A stretch of 64,000 bases of DNA from Oceanicoccus sp. (GCA_036963965.1 JBALTE010000011.1:9150-73149), one strand, 5' to 3'. Positions 26,152-36,340 are shown, numbered from the stretch's first letter. A program made the numbers and translations. Notes: generated by a model not told the origin, from the letters alone.

Positions 26152-26829
26152 ATGCCAAAATTTGCAACAGGTGTGATTCGCTTTCAAAACGAAGTCTATC
26201 CACAGAAGAAAGAACTGTTTGAGAAACTGAGTAAAGGTCAGGCACCAGAAGCGCTTTTTATCACCTGTTCTGATTCCAGAATAGAAACCGCGATGATCAC
26301 ACAAACAGATCCTGGCGAACTTTTTATCTGTCGTAACGCCGGAAATATTGTCCCTCCCCACATGACTCAAGCGGGCGGCATGACAGCCTCGATTGAATTC
26401 GCAGTGGCAGCACTCGAGGTGCCACACATTGTGATTTGCGGTCATACAGAATGTGGCGCAATGAAAGGCGCAATGGACCTTGATAGCCTGGCATCCTTGC
26501 CTCACGTAAAGGAATGGTTAAGTTACACCAAAGCCGCCGTTGATGTTGTCGACGCAATCGCACCAGAAGGCGCTAGTGATGAAACTCGTATGCAATTATT
26601 ACTTGAACAGAACGTCATATTGCAACTCCAGCACCTGAAAACTCATCCAAGTGTTGCCGCCAGATTGGCGAAGGGAAACCTGAGGCTTCACGGCTGGGTC
26701 TATGATATCAAGACCGGTGACGTAAAAGCATTTGATGAAGTCGAAAATAAATTCGTTCCGGTTGACGCTCGTTATGCAAAAGAGGTTGCCGCAATGGCTG
26801 CTGCGTCAGCGTCAGGCTGTTCTGACTGA
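26152..26829 (+). CDS. beta-class carbonic anhydrase
   Basis: CSDSR and HTECGA zinc-ligand motifs with typical spacing. Confidence 0.9.
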   Translation: MPKFATGVIRFQNEVYPQKKELFEKLSKGQAPEALFITCSDSRIETAMITQTDPGELFICRNAGNIVPPHMTQAGGMTASIEFAVAALEVPHIVICGHTECGAMKGAMDLDSLASLPHVKEWLSYTKAAVDVVDAIAPEGASDETRMQLLLEQNVILQLQHLKTHPSVAARLAKGNLRLHGWVYDIKTGDVKAFDEVENKFVPVDARYAKEVAAMAAASASGCSD

Positions 26830-26865
26830 TCCACACCAATCAACACAACAAGTCCTTAAGGAGTA

Positions 26866-28533
26866 ATGTTCGTGAAATTTTTTGACTTTTCCAATATTCG
26901 TGGTGATATTTTTGGCGGGCTTACGGCGGGTATTATTGCTTTGCCACTCGCTTTGGCGTTTGGTGAGGCGTCTGGAGCCGGACCAATCGCTGGCATCTGG
27001 GGAGCGATTTTTGTTGGATTTTTTGCGTCTCTTTTTGGGGGTACCGGTTCTAACGTATCTGGTCCTACGGGGCCAATGGTTGTCGTTTTTGCCGGTATCT
27101 TTGCAACCCTGACCGGGAATCCGGCGCTTGTTTTTGCTGCGGTTGTATTGGCTGGTGTGTTGCAGATTTTGTTGGGTGTTTTCAAAATGGGCCAGTATAT
27201 CCGGCTGGTTCCATACCCGGTTGTATCAGGTTTTATGAGCGGTATTGGTTGCATCATTATTGCACTGCAACTGTCTCGCATATTCGGTCATGAACCGGAC
27301 GGTGGTGGCACGATACCTGCGCTGACAGCCATCCCTGGCGCGGTGATGGACCCGAATATGGCCGCATTGGTCATCGGCATTCTTACTCTGACAGTTATAT
27401 TCTCGTGGCCAAAGAGCCTTGGGAAAATGATTCCAGCACCACTGGCGGCACTGGTGATTGGTACCGTAACCAGTTTGTTCATCAGCGGCGCGCCAATTCT
27501 AGGCGCTATTCCTACCGGCTTTCCATCGCTGGTAATACCTGAATTCACGTCGGCTACCTTTGCCATCGTACTTGAGGCTGCAATCCTGCTCGCAGTTCTG
27601 GGGGCGATAGATAGCCTTCTGACCTCACTGGTTGCAGATAACATGACCCGAACACGGCATGATTCAGACAAAGAGCTGATTGGACAAGGTATCGGTAATA
27701 CATTTGCAGGGCTTTTCGGTGCAATTCCAGGTGCCGGCGCGACCATGAGGACCGTTGTAAACATTCGAACAGGAGGACAAACAAAGATATCCGGGATGAT
27801 CCACGCAGGCTTACTACTGTTAATCGTTGTCAGCCTATCGCCCCTTGCCTCACAAATTCCCCACGCAGTATTAGCGGGCATTCTGATCAAAGTTGGATAC
27901 GATATTATTGATATCGGTTATCTCAAGCGGGCCCACAAAGGCCCACGATTAGACCTCGTATTGATGGCGATGGTGCTGTTGCTGACTGTATTTGTTGACC
28001 TGATCACGGCGGTAGCAGCAGGTGTAGTGCTTGCCGCGCTTGCTTTCGTTAAGCAACTTGCAGACGAGCAGCTGAGACAATTTGGGGATCCGAGTGATGC
28101 GGCCTCAGAGTCTACCCCTGAAGAGCTTGAACTCCTTGCTAAAGCAAAGGGACAGGTAACAATCTTTGAGTTTGGTGGGCCATTAAGTTTTGGTGCAGCA
28201 GCTGATATGGGTCACACTGTACGAGAACGAACCAAGAAAAAATCTGCAGCAATCATTCTGGATTTTTCCAAGGTGCCCTTTATCGATGTGTCAGCAAGTC
28301 GCGCAGTGGAAACGATAATAACCGACGCTACGGCTGCGGGAAAAACAGTCTACGAAACAGGCATGAGTGATTCAGTAAGAAGCATCCTTATTGGCTTGAA
28401 TGAAGAAGATAATTTCCATGTTATCACCAGCCACAACAATCGTCTGGAAGCATTGCGCGCTGCGGTTGAGGATACGCTTGGACGGGTAAAAGACGGCGGT
28501 CCAGATAAACCAGAAACCGATTCTACGGGCTAA
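26866..28533 (+). CDS. SulP family anion transporter with a C-terminal STAS domain (BicA-like)
   Basis: N-terminal DIFGGLTAGIIALPLALAF, multiple TM spans and a C-terminal STAS-like region (VTIFEFGGPLSFGAA). Confidence 0.85.
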   Translation: MFVKFFDFSNIRGDIFGGLTAGIIALPLALAFGEASGAGPIAGIWGAIFVGFFASLFGGTGSNVSGPTGPMVVVFAGIFATLTGNPALVFAAVVLAGVLQILLGVFKMGQYIRLVPYPVVSGFMSGIGCIIIALQLSRIFGHEPDGGGTIPALTAIPGAVMDPNMAALVIGILTLTVIFSWPKSLGKMIPAPLAALVIGTVTSLFISGAPILGAIPTGFPSLVIPEFTSATFAIVLEAAILLAVLGAIDSLLTSLVADNMTRTRHDSDKELIGQGIGNTFAGLFGAIPGAGATMRTVVNIRTGGQTKISGMIHAGLLLLIVVSLSPLASQIPHAVLAGILIKVGYDIIDIGYLKRAHKGPRLDLVLMAMVLLLTVFVDLITAVAAGVVLAALAFVKQLADEQLRQFGDPSDAASESTPEELELLAKAKGQVTIFEFGGPLSFGAAADMGHTVRERTKKKSAAIILDFSKVPFIDVSASRAVETIITDATAAGKTVYETGMSDSVRSILIGLNEEDNFHVITSHNNRLEALRAAVEDTLGRVKDGGPDKPETDSTG

Positions 28534-28559
28534 TCTGGACATAGAATACCGCTACACCT

Positions 28560-28577
28560 GCGCCTCAAATGAGGCGC
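28560..28577 (+). terminator. short GC stem-loop after the SulP gene
   Basis: GCGCCTC AAAT GAGGCGC, 27 nt after the stop. There is no clear T-run. Confidence 0.4.
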
Positions 28578-28823
28578 TAAACCATTATCGATCCGAGCCT
28601 GAATCACTGCCCATTATTAGTTTTATGTTTGGTTCGCTTATGAACTGGCTTTCCACTTAGCACCACTCTTCTTGCTGCACACACACATTTACCTACTGTG
28701 AGCGGGTTTATTTGCTGTGGGTTACACTCAATAATTGACGATTTTCGGGGTTGTTGAAAGTAGTTTTTCTCGCTGGGGGGGTGAATACTATCTAAGACTT
28801 TGGAGGGGTTTCTATTACAGCCT

Positions 28824-28858
28824 CCGATAAGAGTATGAGTTTTTCATACTCTTATCGG
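28824..28858. terminator. perfect 15-bp stem-loop between convergent genes
   Basis: CCGATAAGAGTATGA (28824-28838) pairs with TCATACTCTTATCGG (28844-28858) around a 5-nt loop. It lies 25 nt beyond the porin stop. Confidence 0.5.
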
Positions 28859-28882
28859 ATTTATCAAGCGTCTAAGACGTCA

Positions 28883-30274
28883 TTAGAAAAACCACTGAGT
28901 TGTGACGCGAAGTGTATCAACATCCCTGTTACCTGTATTAACACCAAATTCGTCCTGTTGGTAAACCAGACCTACTTTCGTGGTGTTGCCCCGTAAGTAC
29001 CAGTTAACTCCGACTAATGAAGACTCGACATCATAGCCAGACTCGTCATCAAAACGGTCCCACTTTTCATACCTGACAAAGGGGGCCAAGTAGTAGAAGT
29101 CTTTGAACACGTATTCAGAAGTCACATACCAACCCGATGAAGAGCCCGTATCAACCGTGCCCGATACACCCGTATCCCACTGTTTTACCGCATCTTTAAA
29201 CTCGAAATATTCGCCTTGCACAAAAAAACCGTTGTAATGGGCGGATACCTCATAATTAATTAATTTGCGATTTAGATCAAATGTCGAAGTGTAAGTGCCG
29301 AAGTCGACGTCACCTTTCAATGTAGGCACATCCCAATACGCGACACCAACACTAAAGTGTTTACCTTCGCCAAAGTAGGTTTCGGTCCGTTGCGTCTCCT
29401 CCCAGCCGTCAAACGGTGAGAAAATAACTTTACCGCCATAAAAGAGACTTTGATCAGAGGTATCTATATCGACAGAAGAACCTTTCACACCTAAGGCATC
29501 CAATGTCTTGTCCGGGCTTGAGGCAGAACCAGCGGCAATCTGGTAGTGAATCTTTTTCTTCCAGTCACCGTACATTTGCGCATTAGCGCCCCGGCGGTTT
29601 AAAGAGATGTACTGGGCAGCTGCATCAGCAATAAATGGACGATCATAGGTAATCAGGCGAGCCGATTTCACCGTTTCTGTCCTGGAAACATCGATTTTTG
29701 CTCGCAAGAGCTTAAAATTCACCAATGAAGTGTCAAACGGGTTCTTGATTTTGATATAAGCATCACCCAGTTTGAAATTACCTTCGTTATTTTCTATACC
29801 AAAGTTGGATTTATCATTACGGATATCCATAGTGAAGGAGGTATGCTCACCAAAACCTGCAGCAATCTCAAGGCGTGCACGTCGCAAATAAACATCACTA
29901 ATACTCTCACTTGATGCCAATGACCCGCCTGTATTGTATTTATCGGTTTCTTGCGTCTCAAACGTTCCCTGTACTCTAACACCGGCCTTAAACCACATAT
30001 CAGAGGTGTCATCCGCCTGAAATTTCATGTTGATATGGGTCTGTTTGCCCATCATGAATTCAGGGGATTTTTCATCGATGATGGTAATACTCTGTTTAGT
30101 ACTGCTTGCTTTCGCGGCACTTCCATCGTCAACCACCTCGATTTTCGTGCGTCCTTCGCCCGGCTGGTAATAAATCTGCCCTGTTTCAGGATCACCATAA
30201 AGTGTTAGGGCATGACTATTTACGGAAAGAACCAGTGATGCAATCGCAGCACAGAAATTCAGTTTCTTCTTCAT
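28883..30274 (-). CDS. outer-membrane porin, possibly the phosphate-selective O/P family
   Basis: Signal peptide MKKKLNFCAAIASLVLSVNSHA, alternating beta-strand pattern and a C-terminal ..TTQWFF. The family guess rests mainly on the upstream Pho-box-like repeats. Confidence 0.7.
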   Translation of the reverse strand: MKKKLNFCAAIASLVLSVNSHALTLYGDPETGQIYYQPGEGRTKIEVVDDGSAAKASSTKQSITIIDEKSPEFMMGKQTHINMKFQADDTSDMWFKAGVRVQGTFETQETDKYNTGGSLASSESISDVYLRRARLEIAAGFGEHTSFTMDIRNDKSNFGIENNEGNFKLGDAYIKIKNPFDTSLVNFKLLRAKIDVSRTETVKSARLITYDRPFIADAAAQYISLNRRGANAQMYGDWKKKIHYQIAAGSASSPDKTLDALGVKGSSVDIDTSDQSLFYGGKVIFSPFDGWEETQRTETYFGEGKHFSVGVAYWDVPTLKGDVDFGTYTSTFDLNRKLINYEVSAHYNGFFVQGEYFEFKDAVKQWDTGVSGTVDTGSSSGWYVTSEYVFKDFYYLAPFVRYEKWDRFDDESGYDVESSLVGVNWYLRGNTTKVGLVYQQDEFGVNTGNRDVDTLRVTTQWFF

Positions 30275-30368
30275 AGAATCAATTCTCAATGTCTAGTTAT
30301 ATGAAATCGTTAACAAAAAATTAATACAATCCGCTGATTATGATTGATCAGGTTAATCTCGAGTGTAT

Positions 30369-30410
30369 TGTTACTGTTGATTGTTACAGTAATGTTACAG
30401 CAGTGTTATG
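30369..30410 (-). promoter_or_regulatory. Pho-box-like direct repeats upstream of the porin gene
   Basis: On the porin strand the sequence reads CTGTAAC-ATTA-CTGTAAC-AATC, flanked by CATAACA and CAGTAACA. The heptamers have an 11-bp period (30382, 30393, 30404 on +) with one extra at 30369. This resembles the PhoB consensus CTGTCAT-A(A/T)A(A/T)-CTGTCA(C/T). The repeats lie about 95-135 nt upstream of the start codon. Confidence 0.5.
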
Positions 30411-30721
30411 TGCCAACATAAAGTCGTCCGTCATATCGGCGAGAACGAGGGACAGAAACTCCCTTCGTGACTTTCGTCATTAATTTTCCTCATAATCGGG
30501 ATAGGAAGACCCCTATAGCGCTTTCCCCCCAGACCATCGAACAGACGAATCACGTACCAGGCCGGATCGGTTTGCGGCCAATCATGGGTGGCTACAGATT
30601 CATCACAGATTCAATATATGTGTCATAGATCCGATTGCTGATAACAGCTGGATCATCAACAGCATAGTGACAAGTTTGTAAACCAGACTACTAGAGCCCC
30701 ATTACAGTCCCGCCGCCAAAT

Positions 30722-31726
30722 TCAATCTTCAAAGGCAAAACGTTCGGTTGTCACAGTTGCCTGTGCAGCGGTTGAATAACGGGCCCCTGATATTGCTTCT
30801 GCTGCAAACTCAGTGTTTAACAGCTCCAGCAGATCGGTTGGAATATTGATAGCCGCCGCATTGAAGTTGTCTTCCAGATGCTGATCGTTTGTTGTACCAG
30901 GGATTGGTACGGCGTTTTTATCCTGCGCGAGTGTCCATGCCAACGCGAGCTGGGCGACGGTGCAGTTTAGGTCTTTTGCGTGCTGTCTCGCTTTCTCTAA
31001 CAACGGTAGATTGGCTGAAAAATGTGGGTCTGTGAAACGCGGAAAAGTGAGGCGGAGATCCCCTTTGTGGTAGCCATTTGGATCAAGTGGCTTGTCGGCC
31101 AGATAACCCCGCCCAACAGGAGAGAAAGGAACAAAAGTCACTCCCAGTTCCCGACAGGTTTCAATAACGGCAATTTCCGGATTGCGGGTCATCAGTGAAT
31201 ACTCCGATTGCATAGCAGCAATCGGATGGACGGCGTGGGCTCTGCGCAGCGTATCAGCAGACATTTCAGACAAGCCAATCATGCGAATTTTACCCTGCCC
31301 AACTAAGTCAGCGAGCGCACCCACTGAATCCTCAATAGGTATATTTGGGTCAGGCCTGTGCATGTAATACACGTCGATAACATCAGTTTGTAGTCGTTTG
31401 AGGCTGGCTTCACAGGCACTTTTAATAGCATCCGGATGAGCGTCAATTCTGCGCTTGCCGTCTTTAAAATCTAATACACACTTACTGGCAAGAACAAACT
31501 CATGACGACGATCCTTCAGGGCTTCACCAATAAGTTTTTCGTTATTACCCATTCCGTAGATCGTCGCCGTATCAAGAAAATTGTAACCAATATCAACCGC
31601 TCGACGCAGAAAGGCGACCGCATCCGCATGATCTTGTGCGGGACCATAGGCATGGCTCAGACTCATGCAGCCAAGACCTACCGGGTGCACTTTAAGAGCG
31701 CCTATTGTTCTTTTTTGGACAGTCAT
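30722..31726 (-). CDS. aldo/keto reductase family oxidoreductase
   Basis: LGCMSLSHAYG, DTATIYG and ...SKC motifs. Length is 334 aa. Confidence 0.85.
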   Translation of the reverse strand: MTVQKRTIGALKVHPVGLGCMSLSHAYGPAQDHADAVAFLRRAVDIGYNFLDTATIYGMGNNEKLIGEALKDRRHEFVLASKCVLDFKDGKRRIDAHPDAIKSACEASLKRLQTDVIDVYYMHRPDPNIPIEDSVGALADLVGQGKIRMIGLSEMSADTLRRAHAVHPIAAMQSEYSLMTRNPEIAVIETCRELGVTFVPFSPVGRGYLADKPLDPNGYHKGDLRLTFPRFTDPHFSANLPLLEKARQHAKDLNCTVAQLALAWTLAQDKNAVPIPGTTNDQHLEDNFNAAAINIPTDLLELLNTEFAAEAISGARYSTAAQATVTTERFAFED

Positions 31727-32466
31727 ACAACTTCCTTATATTGAGTTAGCTATCTTGCTTTTTATGTTTATCCAGTACTAAAACGCTACTAGAGCTCGAC
31801 AGTTATTAGGAATACCGGAAAAGCTTTCTCAAACATCTAATTATTTCAGATTCTGGATTAGAATTTCTACCGGGTTCATTAACGCTAACGATAATAGATG
31901 CCGATGCTTTCAGTATAAACAATCGATAAGAATCGGTCTATTAGCCCATAGAAACTGAAAATTTGGAGGATAACCTGATCACCACGGGAACGCTCAATGG
32001 GTGTAGGTAATCTTAGCAATGGATACAGGTTAAAAAATAATCATTTTTCCTTGCTCAATTATCGTTAACATGATGAAATCCGGACAAAGGTGGCATATAA
32101 CTCGGCACCGAAAATTTCAGTGAAAAAAACTGGCGCAGCGATGAATACGCAGACACGCTCACCTCCCGCGAGCTCTTTTAGAACAGATAATTATGACTCA
32201 AGCTGGCCCAATATCTGCCGATATTATATTCTCAGCAACACGGCCCCTATGAAATGCGTGCCCGGATGGGAATTTTGCTAACACCCTGATCTTAAATGGC
32301 GGTGCCCTGAGAAGGCTGTTATTGAACTGTGAAAGAGTATCATTGTGATATAGTGGATGAATATTCTGAATGGGCTGTAGTGTGTTCTGTCCAAAACTAT
32401 CGTTATATTCGAACCGGTGAATTCGGATATAGTTTATAACTTTCACCAACACTAAGAGTAAAGACA

Positions 32467-32673
32467 ATGAGCAAAGGTACAGTAAAGTGGTTTAATCCAG
32501 ACAAAGGTTTTGGTTTTATTGCTCCGGAAGACGGCGGTAAAGATCTTTTTGTTCACCATTCAGAAATTCAAAGTGGCGGCGGTTTTGCAACGCTAAACGA
32601 TGGGCAGTCGGTAGAGTTTGAAGTTGGCGAGGGTCAAAAAGGTCCTTGTGCAAATAAAGTTGTGCCACTGTAG
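32467..32673 (+). CDS. cold-shock protein (CspA family)
   Basis: [15 protein letters not shown] (RNP1) and LFVHHSEI (RNP2). Length is 68 aa. Confidence 0.95.
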   Translation: MSKGTVKWFNPDKGFGFIAPEDGGKDLFVHHSEIQSGGGFATLNDGQSVEFEVGEGQKGPCANKVVPL

Positions 32674-32710
32674 CAATAGCGGTCAGAACATCACAGATAT
32701 ATCCACAAAC

Positions 32711-32749
32711 GCCACTTTTTGGCTGGATGGCCTAAAAGGTGGCTTTTTT
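32711..32749 (+). terminator. Rho-independent terminator of the csp gene
   Basis: GCCACTTTTTGG pairs with CCTAAAAGGTGGC (including wobbles) and is followed by TTTTTT. Confidence 0.7.
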
Positions 32750-32863
32750 ACCAAGCTGACTATTATAAAGGTTGAATGAATCTTGAGTTTCAACCTTTAA
32801 ACTTGGGGAGCAGATACGCGGTTGTGCCCCAATTTTGTATTATACCGTAATTAGAAATATCTA

Positions 32864-33598
32864 ATGAAGTCTAAGACCAGCCGGCTCGATCGTTTTGTTA
32901 GTCAGAATAGCATTTTTTCGCTTTCTGATATCCGTCTTCTAGTCGCCCAAAAAAGGATTCTTTTGGATGGGCATGCGGCGCACTCCATTCAACAAAAAGT
33001 GACAGAATTTACGCATGTTGTATTAGATGGTAACTGCTTAAGAGATAACAACCCCGTTTATATTATGTTGAATAAACCCCGGGGGGTTGTTAGTGCGACT
33101 AAAGATCTCAAGCACGCTACCGTGTTAGACTTTATTCAGCATCCTCAGAAGAGCGAGCTGCACATTGTTGGTCGCCTCGACTTTAATACTACAGGGCTGG
33201 TTTTATTGACCAACGATGGAGCTTGGTCGCGCAAGATAAGCCTGCCCGAGACTAAACTTGAAAAAACCTATGAAGTTACCCTGTCTAAACCGATAAGCGA
33301 TGAGTGTGTTACTGTTTTTCGAGAGGGCATTCATTTTGACTATGAAAATATGACAACGCGCCCCGCATTTTTAGAAGTTCTTTCCAACTACACCGCCAGG
33401 CTTTCACTGACAGAAGGCAAGTATCATCAAATTAAACGAATGTTTGGTTTTTTCCAAAACGAAGTGCTGGAGCTCCATCGTGTTTCTGTAGGGAATTTTT
33501 CCCTAGAGGGATTAGAGGAGGGGTGCAGTAGGCTGCTGACAATAAAGGAAGTAGAGGAGTCATTTGCAACTGAGGTTATTGCGCTTTGTGAATTATGA
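32864..33598 (+). CDS. RsuA/RluB-family rRNA pseudouridine synthase
   Basis: S4-like N-terminus (RLDRFVS), catalytic GRLDFNTTGLVLLTNDG and the late KYHQIKRM motif. Confidence 0.85.
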   Translation: MKSKTSRLDRFVSQNSIFSLSDIRLLVAQKRILLDGHAAHSIQQKVTEFTHVVLDGNCLRDNNPVYIMLNKPRGVVSATKDLKHATVLDFIQHPQKSELHIVGRLDFNTTGLVLLTNDGAWSRKISLPETKLEKTYEVTLSKPISDECVTVFREGIHFDYENMTTRPAFLEVLSNYTARLSLTEGKYHQIKRMFGFFQNEVLELHRVSVGNFSLEGLEEGCSRLLTIKEVEESFATEVIALCEL

Positions 33599-33804
33599 AA
33601 TATGGCCCGTGGTAGCAATTGATACGATGAATTAGACAATATAATTCTTTAGATCCTGAGTTGGGAAGTACTTTCTCCTGTAGTTACGCTTTCAATAACA
33701 ATCCATTCCAACAAATATCCACAAAAGAGAACAGGTATATCATCTCCCATGTAAAAATTTGCCAGAATGGGTTACAAACGCTGAAATTCCAGCGTTTAAC
33801 TTAT

Positions 33805-34050
33805 CTATAGACCAGCAAAAAGACCATCAAAATCTTTGGCAGCAGCGTCGGTAAATTCAAAATTTTTCCGAATATAAGCAAGCGTATTTTTCTCAGTATC
33901 GGTTACTCCCTGCCCATCGCTAGCGGATTTAAATAGGTCCGCAACTTCATCTTTAGACAGTTTACCTTCACCGGCGCCAGTCGTATGATGCTTGGCAAGA
34001 TCCAGTAGTTCTTTCTCGTATTTTTCCCCATCGATGCTTACATAAGCCAT
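33805..34050 (-). CDS. hypothetical small acidic protein
   Basis: An 81-aa ORF downstream of and co-directional with the DUF937-like gene. No motif recognised. Confidence 0.45.
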   Translation of the reverse strand: MAYVSIDGEKYEKELLDLAKHHTTGAGEGKLSKDEVADLFKSASDGQGVTDTEKNTLAYIRKNFEFTDAAAKDFDGLFAGL

Positions 34051-34194
34051 AATCTATCACCTATCATTTATTGAGTGTATTCATGCAGTAAATACTGCGT
34101 TTATTAACATCAGAATCTTTACAAATAACCAACACATTTGCAAGGTATCCAAATATTTATCCAAGCGAGCCAGATCTTAGAGGAAGCAGTAATA

Positions 34195-34608
34195 TCAAAA
34201 AAACTTTTTCGCCATATTCAGGGCGCCGCCCAATCCTCCGACGCTTTCGAGCAAATCACCGCCGGAGCTGGATTTATCGATTAAGCTGGGTAGGACTTCG
34301 CTCAAGCCATTGGTTGCAGTCTCTTGATTGAGGCCGAGGCTGCCAGCAAAAGCCGATAGCTTATCTCCACCAAACATTTCTAACAGTTGTGATGGGTCTA
34401 TGCTTTTATTACCACCATCGCCTAACCATGATCCAACAATATTGCCCAGCGCGCCACTGCTGGCAAACTTGCCAACAAGCCCTGCGATGTCTAAACCACC
34501 ACTGCCATCGCCGAGTAAACCTGATAAAGCACTACCTGCTTTTTCCTCAGATACATCGCCGCCAAGTTGTTTGGCGAGAAGTTGGGATCCAATTTGCAAT
34601 AAATCCAT
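34195..34608 (-). CDS. YidB/DUF937-like Gly-rich protein
   Basis: Gly-rich repeats with GLLGDGSGG and ...GLSEVLPSLIDKSSSGG, as I recall for DUF937. Confidence 0.6.
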   Translation of the reverse strand: MDLLQIGSQLLAKQLGGDVSEEKAGSALSGLLGDGSGGLDIAGLVGKFASSGALGNIVGSWLGDGGNKSIDPSQLLEMFGGDKLSAFAGSLGLNQETATNGLSEVLPSLIDKSSSGGDLLESVGGLGGALNMAKKFF

Positions 34609-34632
34609 GACGTTTATCTCCGTTATATTAAG

Positions 34633-36117
34633 TTATCGCCCTTTAAAGAAAGAGCCTAGAATACCGCGAACTAGTTTTCCGGTCATTTGCCGACCTAGAC
34701 TTCTCGCGATGCTTTTTACAAATGCTTCGCCAACACTTTGTCGCTTGCGGCCAACCGATTTAGCTTTGGGCGCCTTTTGTATTCGTGATGTTTTTGTTGT
34801 TGCCTCTTCCGCCTCTTTTGCCGCTTCTTCTGAGCGTTGCATCAGGATTTCGTAAGCGGATTCACGATCGACCGACTTATCATACTTATCTTTAACGGGG
34901 CTGCTAAGTTTGACCTCTTCTCGTTCGGCCTTTTTGGCGGGTCCGATTCGTGAGTACGGGGGTTTAATCATAACCCGTTGCACCACGCTGGGTGCACCAT
35001 TTTTTAGTAGTGTTGATACCAGTGCTTCACCAACCGACATTTCGGTAATAACGTCGCGTGTTGAAAAATTGGCATTAGCGCGGAACGTGTCCGCCGCAGC
35101 TCTAACCGCTTTTTGCTCTTTAGGAGTAAACGCGCGCAAAGCGTGCTGGACACGATTGCCAAGCTGGCCAAGCACCGAATCAGGGATGTCGCTTGGACTT
35201 TGCGACACAAAGTAGACGCCAACCCCTTTTGATCGGATTAATCGAACCACTTGTTCTATTTTTGAAATGAGGGCTTTCGGAGCGTCTTTAAACAACAAGT
35301 GAGCTTCATCGAAAAAGAACACCAATACAGGTTTGTCTGGGTCGCCAATCTCGGGTAGGTTTTCAAATAATTCAGACAGCAGCCAAAGCAACAATGTCGA
35401 ATATAGCTTGTTGTTTTGTATGAGTTTATTGGCGGCAAGTACGTTAACGTAACCACGACCATCGGGGGTAGTGCGCATTAAGTCATTTAGTTCTAACATT
35501 GGCTCGCCGAAAAATTGTTTGGCGCCGGCTCGCTCAAGAACCAATAGTCGCCGCTGGATCGCGCCTACAGAAGAAGTAGAAACGTTGCCGTATAGTATGC
35601 GCAAATCCGCCGCGTTTTCGGCAACATGCTGTAACATGGCTTTTAGATCTTTCAAATCGAGTAATAAGATGCCTTGATCGTCAGCCACAGCAAAAGCAAT
35701 GGTTAAAATACCTTCCTGAGTTTCATTAAGCCCCATTAATTGAGCAAGTAACAATGGCCCCATATCAGAAACAGTAGCGCGAATCGGGTGGCCTTGTTTT
35801 CCATACACATCCCAAAAAATAGTTGGCACGCCAGCCCATGCATCCTCTGGTAAGCCCAGAATAGAGAGGCGTTCGTTAACTTTTGGATGAGGTTTCCCTG
35901 CTTGACTGATGCCTGATATATCGCCTTTCACATCGGCTAAAAAGACGGGAACACCTTGCCGAGAGAAATTTTCAGCTAAGGCCTGTAAGGTCACAGTTTT
36001 CCCTGTGCCTGTTGCTCCCGCAATTAGGCCGTGGCGGTTAGCGCGCTTCAATTCAAGAGAAATGTGTTGGTCATGCGCATTTGCCGAGTAACCCAGCAAG
36101 ATAGAATCAGTGCTCAT
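34633..36117 (-). CDS. HerA-like P-loop ATPase, DUF853 (YjgR-like)
   Basis: Walker A GATGTGKT, Walker B-like VLVFFFDEAH and a basic Lys/Arg-rich C-terminal tail. Confidence 0.75.
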   Translation of the reverse strand: MSTDSILLGYSANAHDQHISLELKRANRHGLIAGATGTGKTVTLQALAENFSRQGVPVFLADVKGDISGISQAGKPHPKVNERLSILGLPEDAWAGVPTIFWDVYGKQGHPIRATVSDMGPLLLAQLMGLNETQEGILTIAFAVADDQGILLLDLKDLKAMLQHVAENAADLRILYGNVSTSSVGAIQRRLLVLERAGAKQFFGEPMLELNDLMRTTPDGRGYVNVLAANKLIQNNKLYSTLLLWLLSELFENLPEIGDPDKPVLVFFFDEAHLLFKDAPKALISKIEQVVRLIRSKGVGVYFVSQSPSDIPDSVLGQLGNRVQHALRAFTPKEQKAVRAAADTFRANANFSTRDVITEMSVGEALVSTLLKNGAPSVVQRVMIKPPYSRIGPAKKAEREEVKLSSPVKDKYDKSVDRESAYEILMQRSEEAAKEAEEATTKTSRIQKAPKAKSVGRKRQSVGEAFVKSIARSLGRQMTGKLVRGILGSFFKGR

Positions 36118-36340
36118 AAAAATCCATTAATTTGCGGTGAAAGTTATTGTAGCCACTTTGCAAACACACATCAAAGAATAGAGGTGGGTGAGGGGCTCAT
36201 TTTTGTTCAGCTTCAACTAAGTCGTGATTCGATACTAACGCTTACAAACCACTGCTGTCGACCACCGTTCGGCGATCCCCCAAAACTATGTCAGTCCAGG
36301 ATAATTCGGGTACGAAGTAAGAAGCGTGTAGTATAGATAT

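Noticed and set aside
26856-27890. Minus-strand ORFs of 141 and 200 aa inside the SulP gene.
   Set aside because: They are antisense shadows of a well-supported transporter gene.
30411-30721. A possible gene remnant on the minus strand (..THDWPQTDPAWYVIRLFDGLGGKRYRGL..).
   Set aside because: There is no start codon, a stop lies immediately upstream, and I cannot recognise a family. The evidence is too weak to call a pseudogene.
31727-32466. A 740-nt gene-free region, examined for a tRNA, an sRNA or a degraded regulator.
   Set aside because: I saw no cloverleaf-compatible sequence and no convincing ORF. Part of it is plausibly the long 5' UTR typical of cspA-family genes, but I cannot delimit it from sequence alone.
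34328-34855. A 175-aa Pro/Ser-rich + strand ORF.
   Set aside because: It is antisense to the Gly-rich DUF937-like gene and the tail of the ATPase gene. Its composition is the mirror of the Gly/Ala codons on the coding strand.
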